Source: Gammaproteobacteria bacterium
Lineage (GTDB): Bacteria > Pseudomonadota > Gammaproteobacteria > Ga0077536
Assembly (NCBI GenBank): GCA_963662545.2
Contig: CAXXLL010000002.1
Span: 1,504,001-1,568,000 of the forward strand
Direction of reading: 5' to 3'
DNA: 64,000 nt
Below the pieces are notes generated by a model. It was not told the DNA's origin. It saw only the letters and a list, made by a program, of their open reading frames with translations, and ran no database searches. The position numbers were made by a program, and so were the translations under genes. Of the stretch, positions 50,976-61,297 are shown one piece after another. Each line of letters opens with the position of its first letter. Position 1 is the stretch's first letter.

Positions 50976-52886
50976 ATGGGCGTTCTCAACAAGGGCTCGG
51001 GCGTCGAATCGTTCGGCGTGGCGCCCGGCGGTTACATCGGCTTCTTCGATCCCGAAACGGGCGACCACGAAAGCTTCGTTCCCCCCGACGACCCGCCCGC
51101 GATGAAGCGCATGGAAATCAAGAACCAGGCTGGTTGGGCGCGCCGCGGCGTACGTCACCAGGGTGAAATGACGCCCGAGATGGTGCGTCGCCTAGTCACG
51201 GGTTGCGCTGCCGGTGAGCCGCTGCCCGGTCCGTGGTTCGAGGGTTTCGACGTCGACGTGCGGGTGCGTGAGGGCGAGGTGCCGCTCGAGTATCTGGAAG
51301 CGGCCGCCACTGCGGTGCTCGGCCGCGGCTGGCGCGCAGCGTGGACGATCTACGAAAGCACGCTCACCCCGAATCAAGGCCTTGAGTACGAGTATGAACT
51401 GGTCCCGAAGCGCGGCATGTCGCTGAAGACTCCCGAGGTGTGGGAAACCTCGTACGCGCTGGCGGCGCAGCCGAAGCTCGCGGACGTCGAACCGAGCTTC
51501 GTGTTCCTGTCGAGCAATCTCGATGCGCTCGAAGAGCGCAACAGCCCGCGGCGCGCGAGCGGGGTGCGAACCGTCCACCTGCCGCAGAGCCTCGAACCCA
51601 CCTGGTGCCGCGACGTCATGAATCTGGAAGCTGCCTGGCGGGTCGCGACCGGCAGCGGAGTTCGCATCGGGCATCCAGATACCGGCTGGATCCCCCACCC
51701 GGAGATCCAGAACACGACCCAAGGCGGCCCCGTCCGAACCGACCTCGATTACGACTTCGTGGACGACGACGACGACGCCCGCGCAGATCTCGACGACGAC
51801 GATCTGCTGCCCGGCGGACCGAACCACGGGACGGCAACCGCCAGCGTGATCGCGAGCCCTGCGGGCTCGCAGAACGCCAACCCGCGCGAGTTCGTGGTGG
51901 GAGCGGCACCCGGAGCCGAGCTCGTTCCGCTGCGCGTGGCGAACAGCGTCATACATTTCTCGCTGCGTCGCGTGCGCAAAGCCATCGAGTTCGCCGTAGC
52001 CAACGGTTGCCAGGTGGTGTCGATGAGCCTCGGCGGCCCCTTCCCGAGCCGGAGGCTCAGAAAGACCCTGCGTCGCGCCGCGGACGCCGGTGTTGTGGTG
52101 ATCGCCGCAGCCGGCAACCACATCCCCTTTCGGGCGGTCAGCTTTCCCGCGCGCTACTCGGACGTCGTGGGCGTCGCGGCCTCGAACGCGGTCAGCCGTC
52201 CGTGGTCGGGATCTTCGAACGGCGACACCGTAGACATCACTGCGCCCGGCGAGTCGGTGTGGCGCGCACTGGTCGAGGACTCGAACGGACGTACCCGCAA
52301 GATCAGCCGGCGCAGCTCGGGCACTTCGTATGCGACCGCGCACGTGGCGGGGGTGTGCGCCCTGTGGATCGAGAAGCACGGCTTCGCGAACTTGAACAAT
52401 CGTTACGGCGGCCGGGTGGCCGAAGCCTTCCGCGACGTGCTCCGCAGCACCGCTCAGCCAGGCGTCGAGATGGATGAAGGAGACTTCGTCGGCATCATCG
52501 ACGCAGAGGCGGTCGTGAACGCAGCGCTTCCCACGCTGGGGTCGCGCCGCACGCGCGCGGCGCGCATGCGCTCCGAAGACGACGCGCTCGAGCCTTTCCG
52601 CGCCCTGCTGCCACGCTGGAGCGACGCCCATTTGCGTCGCGCACTCGAAGGCCTGCTGGCGGTGCGTCCAGCGGGGCTCGCGGCGCGGCTCGCCCGGGTC
52701 GGGCGAGAGATCGCGTTTCAGTTCGCCACCGATCAACGCCTGCTGCGCGACTTCGATGCGGAGTGCAGCGGCATGACGCGCGGTCGCAAGGGCAAGCGCG
52801 CGTCGTCGACCGGACGCAACATGGAGAGCGTGCGGCGCCGCTTGCGAAGGATCTCCACGTCCGAAACGCTGCGGGGCGCTCTATGA
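50976..52886 (+). CDS. S8 serine peptidase (start uncertain, no clear signal peptide)
   Basis: HPDTG, NHGTATAS, AAAGN, SGTSYATAHVAG. Confidence 0.88.
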   Translation: MGVLNKGSGVESFGVAPGGYIGFFDPETGDHESFVPPDDPPAMKRMEIKNQAGWARRGVRHQGEMTPEMVRRLVTGCAAGEPLPGPWFEGFDVDVRVREGEVPLEYLEAAATAVLGRGWRAAWTIYESTLTPNQGLEYEYELVPKRGMSLKTPEVWETSYALAAQPKLADVEPSFVFLSSNLDALEERNSPRRASGVRTVHLPQSLEPTWCRDVMNLEAAWRVATGSGVRIGHPDTGWIPHPEIQNTTQGGPVRTDLDYDFVDDDDDARADLDDDDLLPGGPNHGTATASVIASPAGSQNANPREFVVGAAPGAELVPLRVANSVIHFSLRRVRKAIEFAVANGCQVVSMSLGGPFPSRRLRKTLRRAADAGVVVIAAAGNHIPFRAVSFPARYSDVVGVAASNAVSRPWSGSSNGDTVDITAPGESVWRALVEDSNGRTRKISRRSSGTSYATAHVAGVCALWIEKHGFANLNNRYGGRVAEAFRDVLRSTAQPGVEMDEGDFVGIIDAEAVVNAALPTLGSRRTRAARMRSEDDALEPFRALLPRWSDAHLRRALEGLLAVRPAGLAARLARVGREIAFQFATDQRLLRDFDAECSGMTRGRKGKRASSTGRNMESVRRRLRRISTSETLRGAL

Positions 52887-52907
52887 GCCGCAGCCCTACC
52901 GGCTCCG

Positions 52908-53184
52908 GGTATTGTCCCGTTAACTCCAACTCGACATGTCATGCACCGAGTTGTGGTCGTTCAGGAGCTGGTTGCAATCTGCCAAGACCTGAACGCCCGT
53001 AACCTGAAAAGTCGATAGTTTTTGGCGGCCGTCTACAATTTATTCAACCTTGGTCGTCACCTTGTTTCAGTGAAACCTATCGATTTTTTCGAATGCGTGC
53101 CTTTGCGCTTTGGGAGCAAATTACTGTGTAAAAGGCAGATTCTGGTCAAGTACGTCCAGACAGAGAACTTAACTTGTCAGTACC
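52908..53184 (+). mobile_element. Internally deleted IS6-family element
   Basis: IRs GGTATTGTCCCGTTAA / TTAACTTGTCAGTACC; residual AAVYNLFNLGRHLVS resembling an IS6 transposase C-terminus. Confidence 0.75.
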
Positions 53185-53217
53185 TCCGTCACCCTTACTA
53201 CTCGGAATAGGTTCTAG

Positions 53218-54522
53218 TCATCGGCGTTCAGCTCGCGCCTGCCCTTCATCTCGGTAGTGACGCGCCCGCTCCTCATCTCCAGCATCCCCGTATACGAGGC
53301 TCAGGTTGACATACGCCTCGGCATAATTCGCATCACAGGCGATCGCATTTTTGAATGCGCGAATCGCACCGTCGTCATCGCCCAGGGCTTTCTCGATGAT
53401 TCCCAGGGTGTTGTGAAACGCCGCCACGCGGTCATTACGCCAAATCACGGTTGTAGCGTTTTCCCGCGCGGCATCCAATTCTCCGCGCTGATATTGGATA
53501 ACGGACATCATGTGCAGCGCGAGCGTGGTGAACGGCCGTAAGTCCAGGATCTCGCGACATCCGGCTTCGGCGGTATCGATTTCGCCCGCGTCGATCTTTT
53601 GTTTTACTTGCGCGGTGAAGGTTTCTATGGCTTTTATATCGACGTAGGCGATCTGCTGCGCAAAGGCGCCACTGCCGGAATCGCCGGCGTTCAACCAGCC
53701 GCGACAGAGTGCGCGGTAGCAGGCCCTGCGCTGTTCGGCAGTGAGGTTCGCGCGCCCGACCGCGCCGACATATTCGAGGCCCAGCCGAAGCCCGGTGCAC
53801 CTCGACCACAAGCCGCGCTTGTCGGGATCGAACCAGGCGAGAAGTTCGCGTTCGTTGGCGGCCGCTTCGGTAGAAATACCGGCATGCATACGGCGCAGGA
53901 ACAAGTACTCGGGAACTTCTCGGAATTTTCCCATCAGGCCGAGCTCCGCCAGCATCACTTTGTCCGCGCCGATATAGCTGCCGATCAGGCTGGTGCCGTT
54001 CAGCGCTTCCGTCCGGATCAGACCGAACACCGGATTGCAGCGGGAAATTACGCGCAGCAGGCGGTAGAGGCGCTGATGCGGCTTACCGGATTCGAGGCTC
54101 AGATTATCCATGAACTTAGCAAACACACCGCCTTGTTCGTCAATGAACACGGTTCTCGGATAACACAAAACCGTCGAGTCGCCGGCATCTTCGAACGCTT
54201 CGAGGCAGCGCGCGAGAAAGGTGGGCGCGCACTCGTCGTCGTGCGCGGCCCATTTGAAGAACCGGCCCGTCGCCTCGCCGACGGTGAAATTGTAGTTCCA
54301 CGCCGCACCGCGGTTCCGGTCATGGCGTGTATATCTCACGCGTGAGTCCCGCGATTCGTATTCAAGGCATATTTCGGCGGTTCGATCAGTCGAGCCGTTA
54401 TCGGAAATCAGAATTTCGAAGTCTTCAAAGGTCTGGTTCGCCAAGGACAGCAGTGCGCGCCTTAGAAAGCGCTCGCCGTTATAGACCGGCAGGCCAATCG
54501 AGACGGTCGGGTGTGGAGTCAT
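53218..54522 (-). CDS. GT2 glycosyltransferase with C-terminal TPRs
   Basis: VSIGLPVYNGE, SDNGSTD, WAAHDD; TPR AFHNTLG...YAEAYVNL. Confidence 0.92.
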   Translation of the reverse strand: MTPHPTVSIGLPVYNGERFLRRALLSLANQTFEDFEILISDNGSTDRTAEICLEYESRDSRVRYTRHDRNRGAAWNYNFTVGEATGRFFKWAAHDDECAPTFLARCLEAFEDAGDSTVLCYPRTVFIDEQGGVFAKFMDNLSLESGKPHQRLYRLLRVISRCNPVFGLIRTEALNGTSLIGSYIGADKVMLAELGLMGKFREVPEYLFLRRMHAGISTEAAANERELLAWFDPDKRGLWSRCTGLRLGLEYVGAVGRANLTAEQRRACYRALCRGWLNAGDSGSGAFAQQIAYVDIKAIETFTAQVKQKIDAGEIDTAEAGCREILDLRPFTTLALHMMSVIQYQRGELDAARENATTVIWRNDRVAAFHNTLGIIEKALGDDDGAIRAFKNAIACDANYAEAYVNLSLVYGDAGDEERARHYRDEGQARAERR

Positions 54523-54572
54523 GGTTCGGGCCGCTAAGGAACCTAAGCGTTCGTTTCAAGTGCAGCGTATCG

Positions 54573-55763
54573 TCAGATCGTCAGCACGTCTGCGTTCTGC
54601 CCGAGTGCCCGAAGGTCCGATTCAACCTCGTCCCGATAGAATGCATTCGAAACAAGTACGACGTCGGGCTCGATAGTCCGAAGTGCTTCCGGCGCCACGA
54701 TGCGGTGACCGCTGCCGGCGACGTAGCGGCCCTGTTTTCTCGGGTTGAGGTCGACGGCTGCGGCGATGTGTGCGGGATCGGCCAGAGCGTTGAGAAAGCT
54801 CACCCCTTTGGAACCGACGCCCCACAGTACCGCTGGTCCTATCGACTGTTCGCGTCGTTCGAAAAATCTGCGCCAATGGTATTCGCGCGCAGCGGCTTCG
54901 CGCCGGAACCGGGTAAGCGTATCGTCGCTCAGGGATAGGTCGCTCATCCGTACAGTATCTTTTTCGCGTAGCGCGCCGATCCGTGCCTCGACGGACAAAA
55001 ACTGATCGTCGAACGCGAGGTCGATAGACGTGAGCACGTAACCGGAGATCTCGAGCAGCGCGCGGATAGAATCGCGCGTGAAATAGAGCGGATGTTCGAA
55101 GATCACGTCCCATAAACCGCAATGTTCGAGCATCGTCTCGGCGTTCGGCACTTCGAAGTAAAATCGGATCCCGGATACCGATGCGGCGCGCGCCCGGACG
55201 AGCTTAAGCAGTTCGGCCGGCTCTGCGAGATGCTCGAGCACGTGGCGGCAGACGACGAGACGGGTCAGGTCCGTAATGCAGTCCGCCGCTGTATAGGGCT
55301 GCTTGCGAAGGCTGACGGTTCCGTCATCGTTCGGTTCGCCGTTTTCCGTAAGCGCCGGGTCGTAACCGATCCCGCGACAACCGGCGCGCCGGCAGAGCAG
55401 GGTGAGAAACTCGCCGTGACCACAGCCGAGTTCGACGACTTCACCTCGGCGCAGGCATCCGTCCGCGGCAAGACGCGCCGCCAGTTCTTCCGAGTACGCC
55501 TGAAACCGCCGGGAGAAGTGGAGCGAATTCTCGTAGTCCTCGTCATACACGACGGCGAGCGGATCGAATCGAACGTTCTGAATCCCGCCGCAACGCTCGC
55601 AGCGGGCGAGCATGATATCGGCTGTTGGTGCGTTGACGGCTTCGTGCCGCGACGCGTATTGCCTGTTGCACAGGATGGGCGTACCAGAGCGATTGAAGAA
55701 TTCCGTGAGCGCGGTGCTCGAGCAGAGGGCGCATCGGACCGCGGTGCCGTTCATGTCATGCAA
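54573..55763 (-). CDS. NDP-hexose C-methyltransferase family protein
   Basis: CALC/CERC zinc site, ELGCGHG, RHVLEH, FEVP, FEHP, WGVGSKG, DLNPRKQG. Confidence 0.88.
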   Translation of the reverse strand: MHDMNGTAVRCALCSSTALTEFFNRSGTPILCNRQYASRHEAVNAPTADIMLARCERCGGIQNVRFDPLAVVYDEDYENSLHFSRRFQAYSEELAARLAADGCLRRGEVVELGCGHGEFLTLLCRRAGCRGIGYDPALTENGEPNDDGTVSLRKQPYTAADCITDLTRLVVCRHVLEHLAEPAELLKLVRARAASVSGIRFYFEVPNAETMLEHCGLWDVIFEHPLYFTRDSIRALLEISGYVLTSIDLAFDDQFLSVEARIGALREKDTVRMSDLSLSDDTLTRFRREAAAREYHWRRFFERREQSIGPAVLWGVGSKGVSFLNALADPAHIAAAVDLNPRKQGRYVAGSGHRIVAPEALRTIEPDVVLVSNAFYRDEVESDLRALGQNADVLTI

Positions 55764-56920
55764 TAAAGCTCGGGCCGCGCATTCATTTCATCAAGCTCGC
55801 GCCGTACTTCGTCCTCATAAATTGCGTTCATCACGACCACGACGTCAACCGGCCGCGACTTGATTGCCAAGGGCGGCAGGATCTCATAACCCGATCCGGG
55901 CAGAAACTTGTTCTGCTTGCGGGGATTGATGTCGACGACATAGTCGACCGCGAACTCGATCGCGAGCGTGCTCAGAAGGGACACCGCTTTCGAACCGCCA
56001 CCCCACAGCACCACCCGACGCCTTTCGCGGCGCCACTCCATGAATAAGGCACGCCACCGGGCGAGGCTCGCGGCCATCCTGGTCGTGAAATGCTCGTTCA
56101 GGGCATCGATGCTGCTGGCGTCGTTTATCGGTACTGCACCCGCTCCGCCGTTGCCGCTCGTCGCCTCCAGGATCAGATATTGATCGTCGAAGACCGCATA
56201 CACGGTGTCGACATGGAAACCACAGGCGTCGAACAGATGCGACAGCGATCGTGCGGAATAGTAACCGCAGTGTTCGTAGTAAATGTCCCAGAAAGCCGAT
56301 CGTTCGAATATCGAATCCGCGTCGGGCACTTCAAACAGAATTGCCGCCTCGTCGTGCACGCGCCCGCGAAGAAAGCGCAGGAAGCGAACGGGATCGTCGA
56401 TGTGCTCGAGCGTGTGTCTGCAAACCACGAGATCGGCAAGCGGGATCAGGCCGGCCTCGCGTTCGATCTCGTTGGTGACGAATCGAACGTTCACCGGGCG
56501 CTCGCCACCGTCTTCACGCTCCCGGTAGCCGGGGTCGACGCCGATGCCGGTGAGCCCGCGGCCCTTGCACAGTGCCGTCAGGAAATCGCCTTTCCCGCAG
56601 CCGATCTCGAGCACGGTCTGCCCGGTGCAAGGTAAGCGGTTCGCGATCCGCTGGATTATTTCGTCCGTAAACCGGTTGAAGCGCGCCGAATAGGCCTGCG
56701 ATTCTTCGCAGCGTGTCGAATACTCCACGCGTGCCGGATCGAAGCATCGGTTGAAGATGTAACCGCAGCCGCCGCACAAAACGAGATCGATATCCCCTGC
56801 GCTGACGCCCGTCGCGGCGTCGCGCGAGTTCATCAGCAGAACATCGTTGACCGGTACGTTTTCGACGTGGTGGACCTGCCGAAGATCGGGGTTGCCGCAT
56901 ATTCTGCATCCGGATTTCAC
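55751..56920 (-). CDS. NDP-hexose C-methyltransferase family protein
   Basis: CRIC/CGGC, EIGCGKG, RHTLEH, YYEH, WGGGSK, DINPRKQ. Confidence 0.88.
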   Translation of the reverse strand: MKSGCRICGNPDLRQVHHVENVPVNDVLLMNSRDAATGVSAGDIDLVLCGGCGYIFNRCFDPARVEYSTRCEESQAYSARFNRFTDEIIQRIANRLPCTGQTVLEIGCGKGDFLTALCKGRGLTGIGVDPGYREREDGGERPVNVRFVTNEIEREAGLIPLADLVVCRHTLEHIDDPVRFLRFLRGRVHDEAAILFEVPDADSIFERSAFWDIYYEHCGYYSARSLSHLFDACGFHVDTVYAVFDDQYLILEATSGNGGAGAVPINDASSIDALNEHFTTRMAASLARWRALFMEWRRERRRVVLWGGGSKAVSLLSTLAIEFAVDYVVDINPRKQNKFLPGSGYEILPPLAIKSRPVDVVVVMNAIYEDEVRRELDEMNARPELYCMT

Positions 56921-57035
56921 TAACGCGGCCTCTTTTCAATCATTTGTTTTTCAAATATTTTTCAGCCTGCTGGCTCCTGCGGAAGTCCTTTTTTGTAGGC
57001 GGCAGCCAGCTGGTGAATTTCTTTCAAGATAGATT

Positions 57036-58258
57036 CTAAATAATTTCCGGCATTGGAATCGGGACGATGAACTTTCCTCCCGCTTCTCGGTATTGCGCTT
57101 GCTGCGCCAGGATTTCCTCTTTCAGGTTCCACGGCAAAAGCAGCATGAAATCAGGAGACGATTCGGAGATGGTGTTCACCGGCATAACAGGCAGGTGTAC
57201 GCCCGGGACCAGGCGACCTTGCTTGTGTGGATTGGCGTCGACCACGTAATCGATCACATCGGTTCCGAAGCCGCATGCGTTTAATAGCATCGTCCCTTTT
57301 GCGGCTGCGCCATAAGCGGCGATACGACTCCCATCCGCTTTCAATCCGGCCACGAGGTTTTTTAGTTCGTCGATCAATCGCCCCACGCGTACCGCAAATT
57401 CGTCATGGTAGTTCGATTGCGTCAGGCCGCAGCGGCGTTCGCCGGCCGTCAGCCTGTCGAGCTCGGTGCATTCGACCTGTCCCCGGCTTGCGGTAAGCCG
57501 CAATGATCCCCCTTGTGCCGGGATTCTCTCGATGTCGTGTATATGCAGATCGTGAAATGTCAGCAGCCGTGCGATCGCGCCGGCCGAGAAATAGCAAAGA
57601 TGCTCATGATAGATGGTGTCGAACTGCAGGCCGTCGATCAGCGACTTGAGGTAGTGCACTTCGATTCGGGCACTCCCCCCTGGTTTCAGAAGCGCGCCGA
57701 TACCTGCAACGAATTCGTGAAGGTTTTCCACGTGCGCGAGCACGTTGTTCGCGATGACGACATCGGCCTGCCCGCGCTCGCGCATGATCGCCTGAGCGAG
57801 CGAGGCGTCGAAAAATGCCTCGCGGACATCGATCCCCCGCGCGCGCGGCCTCACAGGGACCGGCGGCGGGTTCGACGCCCAATGCCGGGATCCCGCGCTT
57901 TTTGAAGCTTTCCAGGAGATAGCCGTCGTTACAGGCGAGTTCGACGACCAGGGACTGGCCCGTCGAGGCGATGCTGGGCGATCAGGGCATCGACATGCGT
58001 CCGGCTATCTTCGACGAGCGTACTTGAATACGAGGAATAGTACGGGTAGCTCTCACAAAAGAGCTTTTCACGAGGCACGGTGCCGGTGACCTGCATCAGC
58101 GAGCAGTCGCTGCACCAGGCGAGGTCCAAGGGATAAAGCGTTTCACCGTTGATCGCGGACGCGCCGACCAGAAAGCCATCGGCCAGCGGCTTGAGTCCGA
58201 AGGAAAGAAATTCATCGAGTGCCGTTGAGCCGCAGACGCGACAACTCTTGATGCGCAT
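57036..58258 (-). pseudogene. NDP-hexose C-methyltransferase with two frameshifts (about 57960 and 57840)
   Basis: CRVC..., SLVVELACNDGYLL and ANNVLAH...YHEH...YGAAAKG lie in three different frames. Confidence 0.8.
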
Positions 58259-58274
58259 GAAGTTCTTTCGCGCC

Positions 58275-59324
58275 TCAGTCGCCGGTTACGATGTCGCTGG
58301 CGTCTTCCCGTCGCAGGTCTTGATCGAGTTCGCCGCGATCGACCATTGCCTTGAGCTGCGGCAGGCGCTCGAAGCGCGCACCGACGAAGTCGGCGTACGC
58401 GACGGCGTAGCGGCGAAACGCATTCTCCAGTTGCGCGATGCCGAGATCCAAATCCCACTTAGGGTCGAACCCCGTAACAGTTTTCTGGATTTTTTCACAG
58501 CTAACACGGTAGTTGCGTGCATCCCGGAATCGCTTGTCAGCATGTCGTACACGACTACCTTCAACCTGCGCCGCGACCCGATCGGCGATATCACGCACGG
58601 TGTAATTCTCTTCCGTGCTGCCAACGTTGTAGGCCTGATTGTGAGTGAGTTCGCGCGGCGTTTCACACACCGCGAGGATCGCACGGGCGATATCTTCAAC
58701 GTGGATCAATGGGCGCCAGGCGATACCGTCGCTTTTCAACAGCACATCGCCTGTGATCACGGCATATCCGACGAGGTTGTTGACCACGAGGTCGGCACGC
58801 AGTTTCGGCGACACGCCATAGGCCGTGGCGAACCGGAGATAGACGGGCGAGAAATCATCGCCGGCCAGCGTCGCGAGACCTCGTTCTGCAAGGACTTTTG
58901 AACGTCCGTATACCGACACGGGATGAAAGGGCGCTTCTTCGTCGATGAGTGTGCCGTCGGACGCACCGTAAAGGCTGCACGACGACGCCAGCACGAATCG
59001 CCTGACGCCGGCCGTCTTCGCGAGACGCGCGAGTTCGACGGCCGCACGAAAATTGATCTCCTCGGTCGCGCGCGGATTTAGATCGCCCATCGGGTCATTG
59101 CATAGCGCCGCCAGATGCACGACCGCATCCAAGCCTTCGAGCCGGCCGGTCGTGATCATCCTGACGTCGAGACGAGCGGTGTCGAAATCTTCCCTAAACG
59201 GAAATAGACGGCGGTGCTCGAACCAGTACGAATCCACGCCTCGCACTTCATGACCGGCGTCGATCAGCATCGGCGCAAGAACAGAGCCGATGTAGCCATT
59301 GTGGCCGGTCACGAGAATCTTCAC
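58275..59324 (-). CDS. NAD-dependent epimerase/dehydratase (NDP-sugar)
   Basis: ILVTGHNGYIG, SSCSLYG, YGRSK, RFATAYG. Confidence 0.92.
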   Translation of the reverse strand: MKILVTGHNGYIGSVLAPMLIDAGHEVRGVDSYWFEHRRLFPFREDFDTARLDVRMITTGRLEGLDAVVHLAALCNDPMGDLNPRATEEINFRAAVELARLAKTAGVRRFVLASSCSLYGASDGTLIDEEAPFHPVSVYGRSKVLAERGLATLAGDDFSPVYLRFATAYGVSPKLRADLVVNNLVGYAVITGDVLLKSDGIAWRPLIHVEDIARAILAVCETPRELTHNQAYNVGSTEENYTVRDIADRVAAQVEGSRVRHADKRFRDARNYRVSCEKIQKTVTGFDPKWDLDLGIAQLENAFRRYAVAYADFVGARFERLPQLKAMVDRGELDQDLRREDASDIVTGD

Positions 59325-60100
59325 GAGCTCGCATCTCCAGTGTGCCAAGGCGCAGCGCCGCGGCGCCACAGGTCTTCCATGCGTTCGAGATCGGCGGGCG
59401 TGTCGACGCAGTCCCAAAAGCCCTGGTGCCGGAAGGCCATCAGTTCGCCCGCGGCAGCAAGGCGCGGCAGCGCGCCGGTTTCAATCATTTCCATATCGGA
59501 TTCGATGAAATCCATGACTGCGGCTTCGAGGACGAAGAACCCTCCGTTGATCAATTCTTGCGCGCTGCCCGGCTTCTCGTCGAATGCGACTACACAGTCA
59601 CCGTCCAGGGTGAGCCGGCCGAAACGGGGCGGCGAGCGCACCGCGGTGACCGTTGCGATTTTGCCATGCTCACGGTGAAAGTCTAATAGTCCTGTGAGAT
59701 CGAGATCGGCTAGTCCGTCACACCACGCGAGAAAAAACGGATTGGCGCCGATGTCATCGCGCAAGCGGCGCAGGCGCCCACCCGAACCCGTGTGCAGGCC
59801 CGTATTGATAATTTGTGTTACAAGTCCGGATCCACCGGGATCCGTCACGCATAAGGCACCATCGGCCGTTTCTATTTTGGGCAAGGTGAAAAGATCGTTC
59901 GGTTTCGAGAAATACTCGGTGATCGAATTGGCAAGGTGCCCCGTTGCCACGATGAATTCGAAGTGACCGTGATGCATGAACAACCGCATAATGTGAGACA
60001 GGAGCGGTGTGTCCCCGACGGTGAGGAGCGCTTTCGGCGTTTCGTGCGTTTGCTGACCCAATCTGGAACCCGTTCCGCCGGCAAGGATGACCGTTTTCAT
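59321..60100 (-). CDS. rfbF: Glucose-1-phosphate cytidylyltransferase-like sugar nucleotidyltransferase
   Basis: VILAGGTGSRL, TGSGGRL, INGGFFV, HQGFWDCVDT. Confidence 0.8.
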   Translation of the reverse strand: MKTVILAGGTGSRLGQQTHETPKALLTVGDTPLLSHIMRLFMHHGHFEFIVATGHLANSITEYFSKPNDLFTLPKIETADGALCVTDPGGSGLVTQIINTGLHTGSGGRLRRLRDDIGANPFFLAWCDGLADLDLTGLLDFHREHGKIATVTAVRSPPRFGRLTLDGDCVVAFDEKPGSAQELINGGFFVLEAAVMDFIESDMEMIETGALPRLAAAGELMAFRHQGFWDCVDTPADLERMEDLWRRGAAPWHTGDASS

Positions 60101-60180
60101 TCGGGAATATTCAAGTAGGTTTTAAAGCAGCCGCAAATAAGGGCGGTGATGACGATAACAGTGACAGTGATGAGATATCA

Positions 60181-61278
60181 ATGAGGTCGGAGTCTCCATG
60201 GCGAACAAGGATCGCAGGCGGCGTATTCGCGCTCGCCTGCATCATGTGCGCGAGCGCTGCAACCGCGGATTCGGCGCGCGCAACGAGCACCCCCGAAATC
60301 GCGATCTGGTACGGCGATCACCAGAAGTTTGGACAGCGCGGAACGCCGCAACGCTGGCTGAACGTACTCGGCAGTATTGATCCGATCGAAACCGTCGAAC
60401 GTCTCACTTACAGGCTCGATGGGGGTACAGAACGGCTCTTGTCCATCGGGCCCGACGACCGCAGACTCGCCGGCAGCGGCGATTTCAACATTGAAATTCC
60501 GGTAAACCCGCTCGCAGCGGCCGCCAGTACCGCCGGCCGGGCGCACGGGATTGAAATCCGGGCGCACACTCAAACGGGCGAGGTCCATTCGAGCACGATG
60601 CACTTCGAATATGACCCGCGTGCCGCGTGGCCGCTGCCGTATCGCATCGAATGGCACAAGGTCACCGATGTAAACGATGCCGTGCAGGTCGTCGACGGCA
60701 ATTGGGTCATTCAGGAGAAAGGACTGCGCACGCTAGAAATGGGCTACGACCGCGCGGTCGCGTTCGGCGATGCGCGCTGGGGTGATTTCGAAATGATCGC
60801 GGAAGTGACGCTGCACGGGATCGATGCGTCGGGCTACGCGCCGCCGAGCAACGGTCCGGGATTCGGGTTTTTGACGCGCTGGCAGGGACACATCGACAGG
60901 GACGAACAGCAGCCGAAAATCGGCGTGTGGCCTGCTGGCACGCTGGTGATGTACCGCTGGCGGCGCGCGTGGGAAACGCCGCGGCTCGGCATGTTCGGTA
61001 ACGGCGGTGTGCCGCTCGGGTTCGACCAAACGGGGTTCCGCTTCGAACCCGGGGAAACGTATATCGTTGCGATCAGGCTCGTCACACTGCAGAGCGGACA
61101 CACTTCCTGCGGGCTCAAGATCTGGCCGCGGGACGCATCCGAGCCCGACAGCTGGATGCTGTTTATCACTCTCGAAGACACCGCGCCGGCATCCGGTTCC
61201 ATTCTTTTCATCGCGCACCATGCGGACGTCACCCTCGGCCAGGTCGCGGTACGCAAGCTGAACCTTGAACGGCGATGA
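60181..61278 (+). CDS. Secreted hypothetical protein, beta-rich
   Basis: Signal peptide, Trp/Gly-rich 365-aa ORF divergent from the sugar cluster. Confidence 0.7.
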   Translation: MRSESPWRTRIAGGVFALACIMCASAATADSARATSTPEIAIWYGDHQKFGQRGTPQRWLNVLGSIDPIETVERLTYRLDGGTERLLSIGPDDRRLAGSGDFNIEIPVNPLAAAASTAGRAHGIEIRAHTQTGEVHSSTMHFEYDPRAAWPLPYRIEWHKVTDVNDAVQVVDGNWVIQEKGLRTLEMGYDRAVAFGDARWGDFEMIAEVTLHGIDASGYAPPSNGPGFGFLTRWQGHIDRDEQQPKIGVWPAGTLVMYRWRRAWETPRLGMFGNGGVPLGFDQTGFRFEPGETYIVAIRLVTLQSGHTSCGLKIWPRDASEPDSWMLFITLEDTAPASGSILFIAHHADVTLGQVAVRKLNLERR

Positions 61279-61297
61279 TGGCTGAATGAGGTGGTAG

